Shown: in pieces, positions 18,494 through 28,078 of the stretch
How positions within the stretch are numbered: the stretch's first letter is position 1
Layout: each line of letters starts with the position of its first letter
DNA from: a virus
Strand: one strand, 5' to 3'
DNA: 64,000 bases
Virus record (IMG/VR): IMGVR_UViG_3300028844_005117
Span: 8,683-72,682 of that record
Notes under the pieces: model-generated
What the model was told of the DNA's origin: nothing
Seen by the model: the letters and a program-made list of their open reading frames with translations, nothing else
Databases searched by the model: none
Program-made: the position numbers and the translations under genes

Positions 18494-19399
18494 ATGGTAA
18501 GTATTGATATTACAAAGGAATACATTAAATGTGTTAATAACCCTCAATATTCTATTGAGAATTATTTTAAGATTTGGAATAACGTGGTAGGTGATTATGT
18601 ACCGTTTAAGTTGTTATCAAATCAAAAACTAGTTATAGACGGTTACGAAACAAATAAACTAAATATAGTTAAGAAATATAGACAAGCTGGTATATCATCT
18701 ATAAGTGAGGCTTATTTGTCACATAAGGTGGCTTTCAGTGACCCAGACAACCCAGAATTGGTTATGGTGGTATCAAATAAGTTAGATTTGGGTAAACATA
18801 TGTTAGCTAAGATGAAGAACTTTTTATTAACTTTACCTAGATGGGTTTGGGGTTCAGAATACTATGGTTCAGAAGAAAATGAAAGTAAGTCAATTTTTAT
18901 AGTAGACAATCAAGTAGAAGCTGTATTACCAAATGGTTCTATGATTAAGGTCACCTCATCCAGACCAGATGCATTCAGAGGGTGGGCACCAACATATATA
19001 TTAATGGATGAGGCAGCATTTATTGATAAGAACGATGAGTTATTTATGGCTACTTATGCTTCACTAGCTGTTGGTTGTAGGTTGATTATGGTTTCAACCC
19101 CTAATGGTATGGATGGATTATTCCATAAAACTTTCATGGGTGTTGTTTGCGGTCAAAATAATTTCAATTTAATTGAATTGAACTGGTGGGATGATGAACG
19201 ATTCAATAAAGACCTTAAATGGGTTATTGAAATAGATGGTAAAATAATCGACACCTTAATTGGGGTTTTACCAGAATATTATGATAAAGTAATACTTGCT
19301 GGTTATAAACCAACAAATGAATGGTATGAAAAAATGCGAATAATGCTTAATTATAACGAAAAACAACTCCAACAAGAGATGGGTGGGTTTGTGATTTAG
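18494..19399 (+). CDS. terminase large subunit paralog, ATPase domain only
   Basis: KYRQAGIS, ILMDEAAF, STPNG; aligns with the N-terminal half of the next ORF; no nuclease domain. Confidence 0.88.
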   Translation: MVSIDITKEYIKCVNNPQYSIENYFKIWNNVVGDYVPFKLLSNQKLVIDGYETNKLNIVKKYRQAGISSISEAYLSHKVAFSDPDNPELVMVVSNKLDLGKHMLAKMKNFLLTLPRWVWGSEYYGSEENESKSIFIVDNQVEAVLPNGSMIKVTSSRPDAFRGWAPTYILMDEAAFIDKNDELFMATYASLAVGCRLIMVSTPNGMDGLFHKTFMGVVCGQNNFNLIELNWWDDERFNKDLKWVIEIDGKIIDTLIGVLPEYYDKVILAGYKPTNEWYEKMRIMLNYNEKQLQQEMGGFVI

Positions 19400-19439
19400 A
19401 GCTATTTGGGCTTGTTAACATATTTATAATAAAAAGAAT

Positions 19440-21254
19440 ATGTTAACAAGAGCCGAAATATATAGTGAGTATGCCAATTGTTTGAAGGACCCAATCTATG
19501 CTATCGAAAACTTTTTAGAAACTTTCGATAAGACACAGGAAGGGTATGTACCATTCAAATTATTCCCAAGGCAAAGGCAGATTGTTAACGCTTATGAGAA
19601 ACATAGATATAATTTAGTTACCAAGCCAAGGCAAGCTGGTATATCTACCACTACACAAGCTTATATGGCGGTTAAAGCTGGTTTTGCTGATAAGGATAAC
19701 CCAGAGGTTATACTTGTAATTGCAAATAAGCTTAAATTATCACAAAAATTTTTAAAGGGTATTAAGGATTATCTAAAGCAATTACCAAGATGGATATGGG
19801 GTTCTGATTATTATGGTACTGAAGAAAACGAAAGAAAATCAATCTTCGTTGTTGATTCTAAGATAGAAATCGAATTACCTAATGGTTCACAAGTTATTGC
19901 CGTTGCGACATCGGAAGATGCACTTCGTGGATATACACCAACATATCTTGTATTTGATGAGGCAGCCTTCATTGATAATGGTGACGCTGTATATGCAGCT
20001 GCCATGTCATCAATATCTACTGGTGGTAATGTGATTCTAATTTCCACACCAAACGGTATGGACCCACTTTACTATAAAACATACGAACAATCTAAATCTG
20101 GTGATAATAATTACCATATTGTTGAAATGCGTTGGTTTGAAGACCCACGATACAATAAAGACCTTAGATGGTACAAGAAAGTTGAGGGTGATGATAATGA
20201 TGATATTGTAGAGAAGGAAGTTGAGTTTAATCTTGAATCTTATCTTAAGAGAATTGAAGATGATTGGAAACCAACATCAACATGGTATGAGAACATGTGT
20301 ATGGCACTTAATAATAATTCTAGAAAGATTGCACAGGAGTTAGATGTATCATTCTTAGGTTCTGGTGGTAACGTTATTGAAGATGAGACCATTGAAATGC
20401 ACGATAAGAAAAATGTTCGTGACCCTAAATTCGTTGAGGGTGTTGAACAAGAGTTTTGGATATGGGAAGAACCTATAGTGGACCATAAATATATTATGGG
20501 TGTCGATGTATCAAGAGGTGATGGTGAAGATAGTTCAACAATAGTTATCATTGATTTTACAACCATGGAACAAGTAATGGAGTATCAAGGTAAAGTACAA
20601 CCAGATATACTAGCTCAATATGTATATGATTACGGTAATATGTACAACGCATACACTGTTGTCGATATTACAGGTGGTATGGGTGTCTCAACGGTACTTA
20701 AGTTGATTGAATTGGATTATAGTAAGAAACTATTACATCATGATAAACAAGCAATGGGTAAGGTTTTAGCTAACCAATCTAGATTAGGTTTGGTTAAGGA
20801 GAATGAAAAGGTGCCAGGTTTCAACGCCAATGGAGTTCGTCTTCCAATGATTTCAAACATGGAAAAGGTATTAAGAGAGAACTTCGTTAAGATTAGGTCA
20901 AGAAGAATGGTTTCAGAAATGAAAACATTTATATATAAGAATGGTAGACCAGACCACATGGATGGTTACCACGATGACCTTCTTATGTCATTGGGTATGG
21001 CTATGTGGGTTCTTGAATATTCATTTAAAAACCTTAAGAAAGCTACGGCTCAAAATAAAGCGATACTTAACAGTTGGACCACTGGTGGTCAGAATGTTGA
21101 GGAAATCAATAATAAAAGTTACGATGGTGGATTTGTATCTAAGGATAACAAGGGTAAGAAAACTGCTCCTAGACCAAGATTTAATCCTAACGTATCAAAC
21201 AACATGCAAGACCCTAACGGGGACTACATGTGGTTATTTAGTGGAACAAAATAA
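19440..21254 (+). CDS. terL: terminase large subunit (T4 gp17-like)
   Basis: KPRQAGIST, VFDEAAF, STPNG; nuclease motifs GVDVSRGDGEDSS and HDDLLMS. Confidence 0.95.
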   Translation: MLTRAEIYSEYANCLKDPIYAIENFLETFDKTQEGYVPFKLFPRQRQIVNAYEKHRYNLVTKPRQAGISTTTQAYMAVKAGFADKDNPEVILVIANKLKLSQKFLKGIKDYLKQLPRWIWGSDYYGTEENERKSIFVVDSKIEIELPNGSQVIAVATSEDALRGYTPTYLVFDEAAFIDNGDAVYAAAMSSISTGGNVILISTPNGMDPLYYKTYEQSKSGDNNYHIVEMRWFEDPRYNKDLRWYKKVEGDDNDDIVEKEVEFNLESYLKRIEDDWKPTSTWYENMCMALNNNSRKIAQELDVSFLGSGGNVIEDETIEMHDKKNVRDPKFVEGVEQEFWIWEEPIVDHKYIMGVDVSRGDGEDSSTIVIIDFTTMEQVMEYQGKVQPDILAQYVYDYGNMYNAYTVVDITGGMGVSTVLKLIELDYSKKLLHHDKQAMGKVLANQSRLGLVKENEKVPGFNANGVRLPMISNMEKVLRENFVKIRSRRMVSEMKTFIYKNGRPDHMDGYHDDLLMSLGMAMWVLEYSFKNLKKATAQNKAILNSWTTGGQNVEEINNKSYDGGFVSKDNKGKKTAPRPRFNPNVSNNMQDPNGDYMWLFSGTK

Positions 21255-21256
21255 TT

Positions 21257-21502
21257 ATGGCTTTATTTAAGAAAAAGGTATTTACTAGAAGGAATGGGAA
21301 TCAAAAAGGTGGTGAGCTTTATAAATGGTCACCTATCCCAACAACTAAAATAGCAAAGGGTGGTAATGCGAACGCATTCTTTTGTACAGCAACACCTCGT
21401 TCACAAGGTGAGGATTGGAAGGTTACATATGTTTACCAAGTTGTACTTGATGATGGTATTGAACATAGAATTGCATATGTCGAATGTGATTATGTGATAT
21501 AA
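21257..21502 (+). CDS. hypothetical protein
   Basis: 81 aa between terminase and portal. Confidence 0.65.
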   Translation: MALFKKKVFTRRNGNQKGGELYKWSPIPTTKIAKGGNANAFFCTATPRSQGEDWKVTYVYQVVLDDGIEHRIAYVECDYVI

Positions 21503-21548
21503 GTATTTATTTATAATAAAAATACAGTATAATTAATAAAAAAGTAAT

Positions 21549-23594
21549 ATGGCTAAGAAGAATTTGACGGTCTTTCAGAGAATGAATAATATGTTTGGAC
21601 CAGATGGTGTAAATGTACCTAAGGAAAAAACAAACAGATATTCAATTGGTAACGGTGAGTTGTTAAAAACTACTGATAAAGCTGAATATGAAACTCAGAA
21701 ATTACAAGCACAACAAAATAAATATGTTGGTGGGTTATGGAAAAAGGTTGATGGTGAATTATTCCAACAATCAATTCATTATGAAACAACACGTATTGGT
21801 TCATATTCCGATTTCGAGAATATGGAGTTCTATCCAGAAATTGCAGCTGCTCTAGATATCATGATGGAAGAGGCAACTACAGTTAATGATAAAGGTGAGG
21901 TACTTAATATTTATTCTGATTCAAAGAGAGTTAAGAAGATACTTAAAGACCTATTCAACAATAGACTTGATTTACATACAACGCTTCCTATGTGGACTAG
22001 AAACACATGTAAGTATGGTGATGACTTTGTATATCTTAATATAGATGATAAGGCTGGAATTATTGGGGTGAGACAAATGCCTAACTTCGAAATGGAAAGA
22101 AGAGAGGGGAATATGTATGATGCTATTTCAAGAAGTACGGATGATAGTGATGATGGTAAAGTGAAGTTCTTTTGGAAGGGTAGAGATATTGAATTCTCAT
22201 CATGGCAAATGGCACACTTCCGTTTATTAGGAGATGATAGAAGATTACCTTATGGTACATCGGTACTTGAAAAGGCTAGAAGAATTTGGAAACAACTTCT
22301 TTTATCTGAGGATGCTATGCTTATCTATAGAGTAACAAGAGCACCAGAGAGAAGAGTATATAAGATTTATGTTGGTAACATCGATGATGAAGATGTAGGA
22401 CCATACGTAGATGAGATTGCAAATAGATTTAAACGTATGCCAGTTATTGACCCACAAACAGGTCAAATTGATTTAAAATATAATCAAATGGCGAATGACC
22501 AAGATTTCTTTATTCCTGTTAGGGATGAGAGCGCACCTAATCCAATTGATACACTTGCGGGTGCACAGAACTTAGACCAAATTGCAGATATTGAATATCT
22601 TCAAAGAAAATTGTTTACAGCACTTAGAGTACCTAAATCATTCTTAGGATTTGAAGATGCTGTTGGTGAAGGAAAGAACCTTGCCTTGCAAGATATTAGA
22701 TTCTCAAGAACAATCAACAGAATTCAACAAGCGATGATTCAAGAGTTAAATAAGATAGCAATTGTTCACTTATATATTCTAGGATTTGAGGAAGAGTTAG
22801 ATAACTTTACACTTACACTTAATAACCCATCAGTACAAGCTGAGATGCTTAAGGTTGAACACTTACAATCTAAGATGACACTTTACAAGGATGCAGTTAA
22901 TGATGCTGGTAATGGGTTCGGTGCTATGAGTATGACTAAAGCTAAGAGAGAAATTCTTGGATGGTCAGATGATGAAATCAAACAAGACCTTCTTGAACAA
23001 AGAATGGAGAAAGCGGCTGCTGCTGAACTTGAGAACACTTCTAACGTAATCAAGAACACTGGTATGTTTGATAAGGTAGATAGAATTTATGGTGATATCG
23101 AACTTGCTAAACAAGGTGGTGCACCAGAAGGTGAAGAAGGTGGTGACGCAGAAGGTGGTGGTCCAGCTGGTGGAGGTGGAGGCTTCGGAGGTGGAGGCTT
23201 CGGAGAAGAAGACTTAGGATTAGACGCAGAAGGTGGTGAAGACTTTGGTGGTGAAGATGCTGGTGGTGAAATTGATTTTGGTGAAGAAGATGCTGGTGCG
23301 GATGCTGGTGGTGAAGACATGGGTGCTGAGACTACTGAGGAATCAATCAAGCAAGCTGAAAATTTACTTACAGAGCAAAAAGCTTTACTTAAAGGTAAGA
23401 GTATACTTAGAACAAATAAACATAATAAAACTTATTTAGATAGGTTAAGTGAATCAATTAAGAAGGATGATTCCCCAAATATTATTAGAGAAAAGATATA
23501 CGATAAGAACTTGAAAATAAATGAAGATGTTGACAATATGATTGGTGATATCAATAAAATGATTGATGAGTTGGATGACACTATAGGAGAATAA
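21549..23594 (+). CDS. portal protein (T4 gp20-like) with Gly/acidic C-terminal extension
   Basis: EDAMLIYRVTRAPERRVYKIYVGN, DIEYLQRKLFTALRVP. Confidence 0.95.
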   Translation: MAKKNLTVFQRMNNMFGPDGVNVPKEKTNRYSIGNGELLKTTDKAEYETQKLQAQQNKYVGGLWKKVDGELFQQSIHYETTRIGSYSDFENMEFYPEIAAALDIMMEEATTVNDKGEVLNIYSDSKRVKKILKDLFNNRLDLHTTLPMWTRNTCKYGDDFVYLNIDDKAGIIGVRQMPNFEMERREGNMYDAISRSTDDSDDGKVKFFWKGRDIEFSSWQMAHFRLLGDDRRLPYGTSVLEKARRIWKQLLLSEDAMLIYRVTRAPERRVYKIYVGNIDDEDVGPYVDEIANRFKRMPVIDPQTGQIDLKYNQMANDQDFFIPVRDESAPNPIDTLAGAQNLDQIADIEYLQRKLFTALRVPKSFLGFEDAVGEGKNLALQDIRFSRTINRIQQAMIQELNKIAIVHLYILGFEEELDNFTLTLNNPSVQAEMLKVEHLQSKMTLYKDAVNDAGNGFGAMSMTKAKREILGWSDDEIKQDLLEQRMEKAAAAELENTSNVIKNTGMFDKVDRIYGDIELAKQGGAPEGEEGGDAEGGGPAGGGGGFGGGGFGEEDLGLDAEGGEDFGGEDAGGEIDFGEEDAGADAGGEDMGAETTEESIKQAENLLTEQKALLKGKSILRTNKHNKTYLDRLSESIKKDDSPNIIREKIYDKNLKINEDVDNMIGDINKMIDELDDTIGE

Positions 23595-23640
23595 CGGTTT
23601 TTCTGTCACCAAACACATATTTATAATTAAAATACAACAC

Positions 23641-24417
23641 ATGCAAAACTTCGGTAAAATAAAAAATGCATTTAATGAAATCTTAGCTGAATTCATAGTG
23701 GATAAGAATGCAGAAAAGAAATCAATCGTTAAAAGATTTATTAAGGGTATGAGTGAGAGTAAAATACTCAAGACTCAATTTTTAATTTATAATAATATCG
23801 AAAATAGAGTTGATGAGAATGAGTTCTCTGCTAATCTATTTATAACTGAGAATATCAATATATTAAATGAATTCTCAAAAGAAGAGATTGACGCAGAAAA
23901 TACCAAGTTGATTAATATGTCTCAAATGGTATCTGAAAGATTAGATTCAGAATATCCAAACAACGATTTACACGAAGCTATCTCAAAATTAATATTCACT
24001 GAACCAACACCATCTACTGTTAAAGAAATAACTAGTAGTAGATTATCTATTGTTAAGTATATCAATGAAAATGAAGAGAAGGTAATTGTAGAATCCGCTG
24101 AGGTAATCCCTAATAGTCTTTTAGTTAATTTATCAGTTGATAAGTTCAATGAAAAATATGCTGACTTAACCGAAGGTGAGCATAAGGTATTGAATGTTAT
24201 CTTAGATAACAATAATGATGAAGCTAGGAAAGAAGTTTATACTGAAACATTGAAGGGTTGTATTTCATTAATTAATGAGAAATTAAAAGTATCTACAGAT
24301 AAAGAAAAATTATTAGATGTGAAAGATAAATTACTTAATGGTTCATTTGTGTCTGAAACGTTTGTTGATGATATTAGTAAGCTTTTAGATTTAAATAGAG
24401 CGTTAGGAGAAAACTAA
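23641..24417 (+). CDS. hypothetical head-module protein
   Basis: 258 aa, helical; late motif at 23618. Confidence 0.8.
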   Translation: MQNFGKIKNAFNEILAEFIVDKNAEKKSIVKRFIKGMSESKILKTQFLIYNNIENRVDENEFSANLFITENINILNEFSKEEIDAENTKLINMSQMVSERLDSEYPNNDLHEAISKLIFTEPTPSTVKEITSSRLSIVKYINENEEKVIVESAEVIPNSLLVNLSVDKFNEKYADLTEGEHKVLNVILDNNNDEARKEVYTETLKGCISLINEKLKVSTDKEKLLDVKDKLLNGSFVSETFVDDISKLLDLNRALGEN

Positions 24418-24426
24418 TATAATATT

Positions 24427-24726
24427 ATGGAATTAGAATCATTAGTCCAAATATTTGGAGGGGCTGGGGCAACATTCTATGTTATGTGGTTATGGCTTAA
24501 AAGTATTCAAGATGAAAAAAAGGTATTAGCTGAAAAGTTGGAAGAAGAACAACTGGCAAGAGTAAATGAATTGAGGGAGATGTTACCATTATTATCGGAT
24601 GCATCCAAGGGTTTACAAAAAGTACTCAAATCAAAGTCAGAAGATAATAACCAATTTATTAGTGTAATAAAGTCTCACATAGATGATAAAGTAATTGAAA
24701 TAACAGAAAAATGCAAAAGGAAATAA
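24427..24726 (+). CDS. single-TM plus coiled-coil protein (holin-like or sensor anchor)
   Basis: hydrophobic N-terminus IFGGAGATFYVMWLWL followed by a coiled coil. Confidence 0.65.
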   Translation: MELESLVQIFGGAGATFYVMWLWLKSIQDEKKVLAEKLEEEQLARVNELREMLPLLSDASKGLQKVLKSKSEDNNQFISVIKSHIDDKVIEITEKCKRK

Positions 24727-25115
24727 CCAACAATCTACAACTTACCATTGCTAAATTGGAATTGAAACAATTGGAATTCATTGATAAGGTTTCAAAGAAA
24801 CACAATGATTATGTTATACGTTGTATAACGGACCCAATTAAAAAGACATTTATAGCTGTTAATGGTGATTGGAAAAAAGTCACTGGTTATGGTGAGGATT
24901 TTTGTGTTGGTAAGGAGTGGAGTGAATTCATTCCAGATGAACATGCTGAGGTTGTAATTTCAGAAGCTAGTAGTATTTTAGATGAAGAAGGTGGTTTTGA
25001 TTCTTTTGTGTGTGATATTGTCAGTGTAACTGGTGAATTAATCAGTGTAGATTGGAAGGCTAAGTTCTATCCAGAAATCAATTCAGTTGTATCTATTGGT
25101 AGGGTTAAAAAATAA
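24711..25115 (+). CDS. stand-alone PAS-domain protein
   Basis: FIAVNxxWxxVTGYxxxxxxGKxWxEFIPxEH...GELISVDW PAS pattern. Confidence 0.75.
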   Translation: MQKEITNNLQLTIAKLELKQLEFIDKVSKKHNDYVIRCITDPIKKTFIAVNGDWKKVTGYGEDFCVGKEWSEFIPDEHAEVVISEASSILDEEGGFDSFVCDIVSVTGELISVDWKAKFYPEINSVVSIGRVKK

Positions 25116-25117
25116 AT

Positions 25118-25146
25118 TTGACTTATCCAAATATTTTCCTTATACT
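25118..25146 (+). promoter_or_regulatory. sigma70-consensus-like promoter
   Basis: TTGACT-N17-TATACT upstream of ATG 25165. Confidence 0.55.
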
Positions 25147-25164
25147 TAAGAGAAAATACCAGGT

Positions 25165-25608
25165 ATGATAAAAAAAGGAAAAGAAATTAAAATGGGAAAG
25201 ACTTATAAAGATTATAAAGTTGTTTCGGGAACAGTAGATTCCAAAAACCCAACAAGTGTTTACATTAACATCTCAGCATGGGGTGAACCAATCAACGAAG
25301 AAACAGAACATTATGTAAGTGTTATTAGTGGATTGAAGAAAAGAGTCAAGCAATATGTTTATGATTCAATACCAATGACGTATAACCCACATAGAACTAT
25401 TATAGATTTAGATATGCGTGAATCTGGAGTTGGTTACGGTAAAAGAAGTTACATGAGTTGTGAGGTTACATTATATCAAAACGTAAGGAATGGGAAGATA
25501 TTAATGTCAAATGACCTTAAGAGGTCCATGACTCAATTGACCGATAATCTAATAGAAGATGTATTTGATAAAGACGAACACTTTAAATTTTATAAGAAGA
25601 AGAACTAA
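25165..25608 (+). CDS. hypothetical phage protein
   Basis: 147 aa with its own promoter and terminator. Confidence 0.8.
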   Translation: MIKKGKEIKMGKTYKDYKVVSGTVDSKNPTSVYINISAWGEPINEETEHYVSVISGLKKRVKQYVYDSIPMTYNPHRTIIDLDMRESGVGYGKRSYMSCEVTLYQNVRNGKILMSNDLKRSMTQLTDNLIEDVFDKDEHFKFYKKKN

Positions 25609-25617
25609 ATAATAAGA

Positions 25618-25646
25618 AACCGAATCCACTAAGATTCGGTTTTTTT
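25618..25646 (+). terminator. intrinsic terminator
   Basis: aaccgaatc-cactaa-gattcggtt followed by a T-run. Confidence 0.85.
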
Positions 25647-25684
25647 ATTTCCCTTGATGTATTTATAATTAAAATCTATAGATT

Positions 25685-26398
25685 ATGTCAAACAGGTTAA
25701 ATGAAGATATTAAATTACTAAAGGCTGGTGATGTCGGGTTTGGGTTCATGATTGAACACGATGCTGGATTCATCGACCCTAACGATTCACGAAATGAAAA
25801 GTTCGTAAATGAGGTTAAGAAATTAGCTTCTGGGGAGATTGCAATGATAGAGCCATTAGTAGTTACTGTAGTATTACAGAAATGGGGTGTTAAGAATAGG
25901 AATGGTAGAATATACCCAGAGAGAATACTTAAGGCTCAAGCTGAGGCATACAATGAATTAATCAAGAACAAATCTGCATTAGGTGAATTAGACCACCCAG
26001 AGTCATCCATTATAGCTGGTGACAGAGTATCTCACAACATAACTAGAATATGGTGGGAAGGAAGAACTCTAATGGGAGAGATGCAAATCAATACAACATT
26101 AGGATTTATCAATATGGGTATCTGCTCTACCAAGGGTGATGAGGTTGCTAACATGCTTAGACATGGTTGGAGAATCGGAGTATCATCTAGAGGTGTAGGT
26201 ACACTTGAAGAAGATTATGAAGGAAATGCAATCGTTCAAGATGATTTTGAATTGATTGGTTGGGATGTTGTTACAGCACCATCAACTCCAGGTTCATGGA
26301 TATTTGGAAACAAAAAAGATGCGGCTCCTTTCATGGAATCAAAAATAAGGGAAGACAAGTCTTTAGATGATGACTTAGATAAATTCTTATTGGGTTAA
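25685..26398 (+). CDS. prohead core protease (T4 gp21-like)
   Basis: NRNGRIYP, GELDHP, VSH, GVSSRGVG, DVVTAPS. Confidence 0.95.
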   Translation: MSNRLNEDIKLLKAGDVGFGFMIEHDAGFIDPNDSRNEKFVNEVKKLASGEIAMIEPLVVTVVLQKWGVKNRNGRIYPERILKAQAEAYNELIKNKSALGELDHPESSIIAGDRVSHNITRIWWEGRTLMGEMQINTTLGFINMGICSTKGDEVANMLRHGWRIGVSSRGVGTLEEDYEGNAIVQDDFELIGWDVVTAPSTPGSWIFGNKKDAAPFMESKIREDKSLDDDLDKFLLG

Positions 26399-26521
26399 AA
26401 AAAATCACATTATTTTACTGTAAACTTGGTTTTATGGAAAATAGAATATATTTATTATCAAATGCCCTTTATTGGGTATAACTAAAAAAGAATAAAACTT
26501 TTAAAATAAAACAAAAACAAA

Positions 26522-28051
26522 ATGGCTAAAAAGAATAAATCAATTATTGATGAAGCGGTACTGGATGCGAAAAGAATCCAAGAAACTTTAAATGCCAACA
26601 CAAAAGAAATACTTCGTTCGATTGCGAAAGAAGAAATTGATGACCTAGTGAAAGAATCTCTTAACGAGTTTGATGAAGAAGATGTTGAAGAACCAATAGA
26701 TGCAGATGCTGTAGATGGTGGAGAAGTAGACGTAGATGCTGAGGCACCTATGGATGTTGATTCAGTTGATGTAGATGGAGCTGATATTGAAGGTGAATTA
26801 GAAATTGGAGAACCCGAAGAAGGTGACTTAGAAATAGGTGACGAAGAATTAGGAATGGACGCTGAGGTGTCGATGGGTGACGAGATGGATATGACAGCCG
26901 CATCAGATGATGACGTTATCGCAGTTTACAAGAAGTTGACTGGTGATGATGAAATCCAAATCGTAAGTAATGAAGCTGGAGATATCGAGTTAACTGTTAA
27001 TGAACCAGGTGAGTTTGTAATTAAAACTGGTGAAGATAACGGTGGTGTTGAAGCGGAACCAGAAATGGGACTAGAACCAGAAATGGAATTAGAACCAGAA
27101 ATGGATGCAGAACCAGAAATGGGAATGGACGCAGAAGTGGGTGCAGAACCAGAAATGGATGCAGAACCAGAAGCTGACTCAGAATATGAACTTACCGCTG
27201 GTGAGGATTCAGAAGAAGAGGAAGAAGAGGAAACTTACGAAGAAAGTTACGATGTGAATGAATCACAAGTTGTATACGAAATAGCAATAGATGAAATGGA
27301 AAACATAGAAAGTGTTAGCGCACCTGTCGGAAATGAAAATGAAGACAATTGGGCTGGTGATAATCTTGAAGGTGGTTTTGACGATAATGGTCAAAACGGA
27401 ACTGGTGATGCTCACGGAGAACACATAATGGAAGATGAAAACGTAAATGAAGATGAAACTGTAACGGAAGAAGAAACTGTAACAGAAGAAACTATCGAAG
27501 AAGCTATCCCTAAGGGACAAGGTGAAGCACATAGAGTGCCAGCTAAAGCTGACATCGGACAACCAGTAGCACCAGGTGCGAAGGGAGTTACAGGTGTAAA
27601 AGGTGGTGCAAATGAATCTAAATTCGTTTCTAAAGAAGATTACGATAAACTACTTAAGGAAGCTAAAGCACTTAAAGGTAGAGCTACACAAATGGCTGAA
27701 ACTTTACAAGAGCAAAGAAGAATGTTAGGACAAGTTGTTGTATTCAATACTAATCTTACAAATGTAACTAGATTATTTACTGAGCATTCTACAACTAAAG
27801 ATGAAAAGAGAAACATTATCGAAAGATTCGATGAAGAAGTATCAAGCATTCAAGAGTCAAAAAGACTATTCAAGTCTATTGAAAAGGAATTAGGTAATAA
27901 ACAACCAATGAACGAATCAATAGAAGGGAAAATTTCCAAGGAAGCATCAAGTAGTACTTCAAAATTAAATGAAAGTACTGCATATGTAGACAAGGACACT
28001 AAAAGAATAATGGACCTTATTTCTCGTGTAGAGAACAAGGACAAATATTAA
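26522..28051 (+). CDS. prohead scaffold/core protein (gp22 position), highly acidic
   Basis: lies between protease and capsid; acidic repeats and C-terminal coiled coil. Confidence 0.75.
   Translation: MAKKNKSIIDEAVLDAKRIQETLNANTKEILRSIAKEEIDDLVKESLNEFDEEDVEEPIDADAVDGGEVDVDAEAPMDVDSVDVDGADIEGELEIGEPEEGDLEIGDEELGMDAEVSMGDEMDMTAASDDDVIAVYKKLTGDDEIQIVSNEAGDIELTVNEPGEFVIKTGEDNGGVEAEPEMGLEPEMELEPEMDAEPEMGMDAEVGAEPEMDAEPEADSEYELTAGEDSEEEEEEETYEESYDVNESQVVYEIAIDEMENIESVSAPVGNENEDNWAGDNLEGGFDDNGQNGTGDAHGEHIMEDENVNEDETVTEEETVTEETIEEAIPKGQGEAHRVPAKADIGQPVAPGAKGVTGVKGGANESKFVSKEDYDKLLKEAKALKGRATQMAETLQEQRRMLGQVVVFNTNLTNVTRLFTEHSTTKDEKRNIIERFDEEVSSIQESKRLFKSIEKELGNKQPMNESIEGKISKEASSSTSKLNESTAYVDKDTKRIMDLISRVENKDKY
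27049..27172 (+). repeat. coding 18-bp tandem repeat (GAACCAGAAATGG; EPEMxx)
   Basis: EPEMGL-EPEMEL-EPEMDA-EPEMGM...EPEMDA-EPE. Confidence 0.8.
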
Positions 28052-28078
28052 AAATAAAATAAACAAAAATAAAATAAA

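Noticed and set aside
18494-21254. Terminase split by an intron or intein
   Set aside because: The two ORFs are homologous to each other rather than complementary halves, and the second is complete.
23116-23330. GGT-rich repeats in the portal C-terminus as a DNA repeat element
   Set aside because: Explained by a Gly/Glu low-complexity protein tail.
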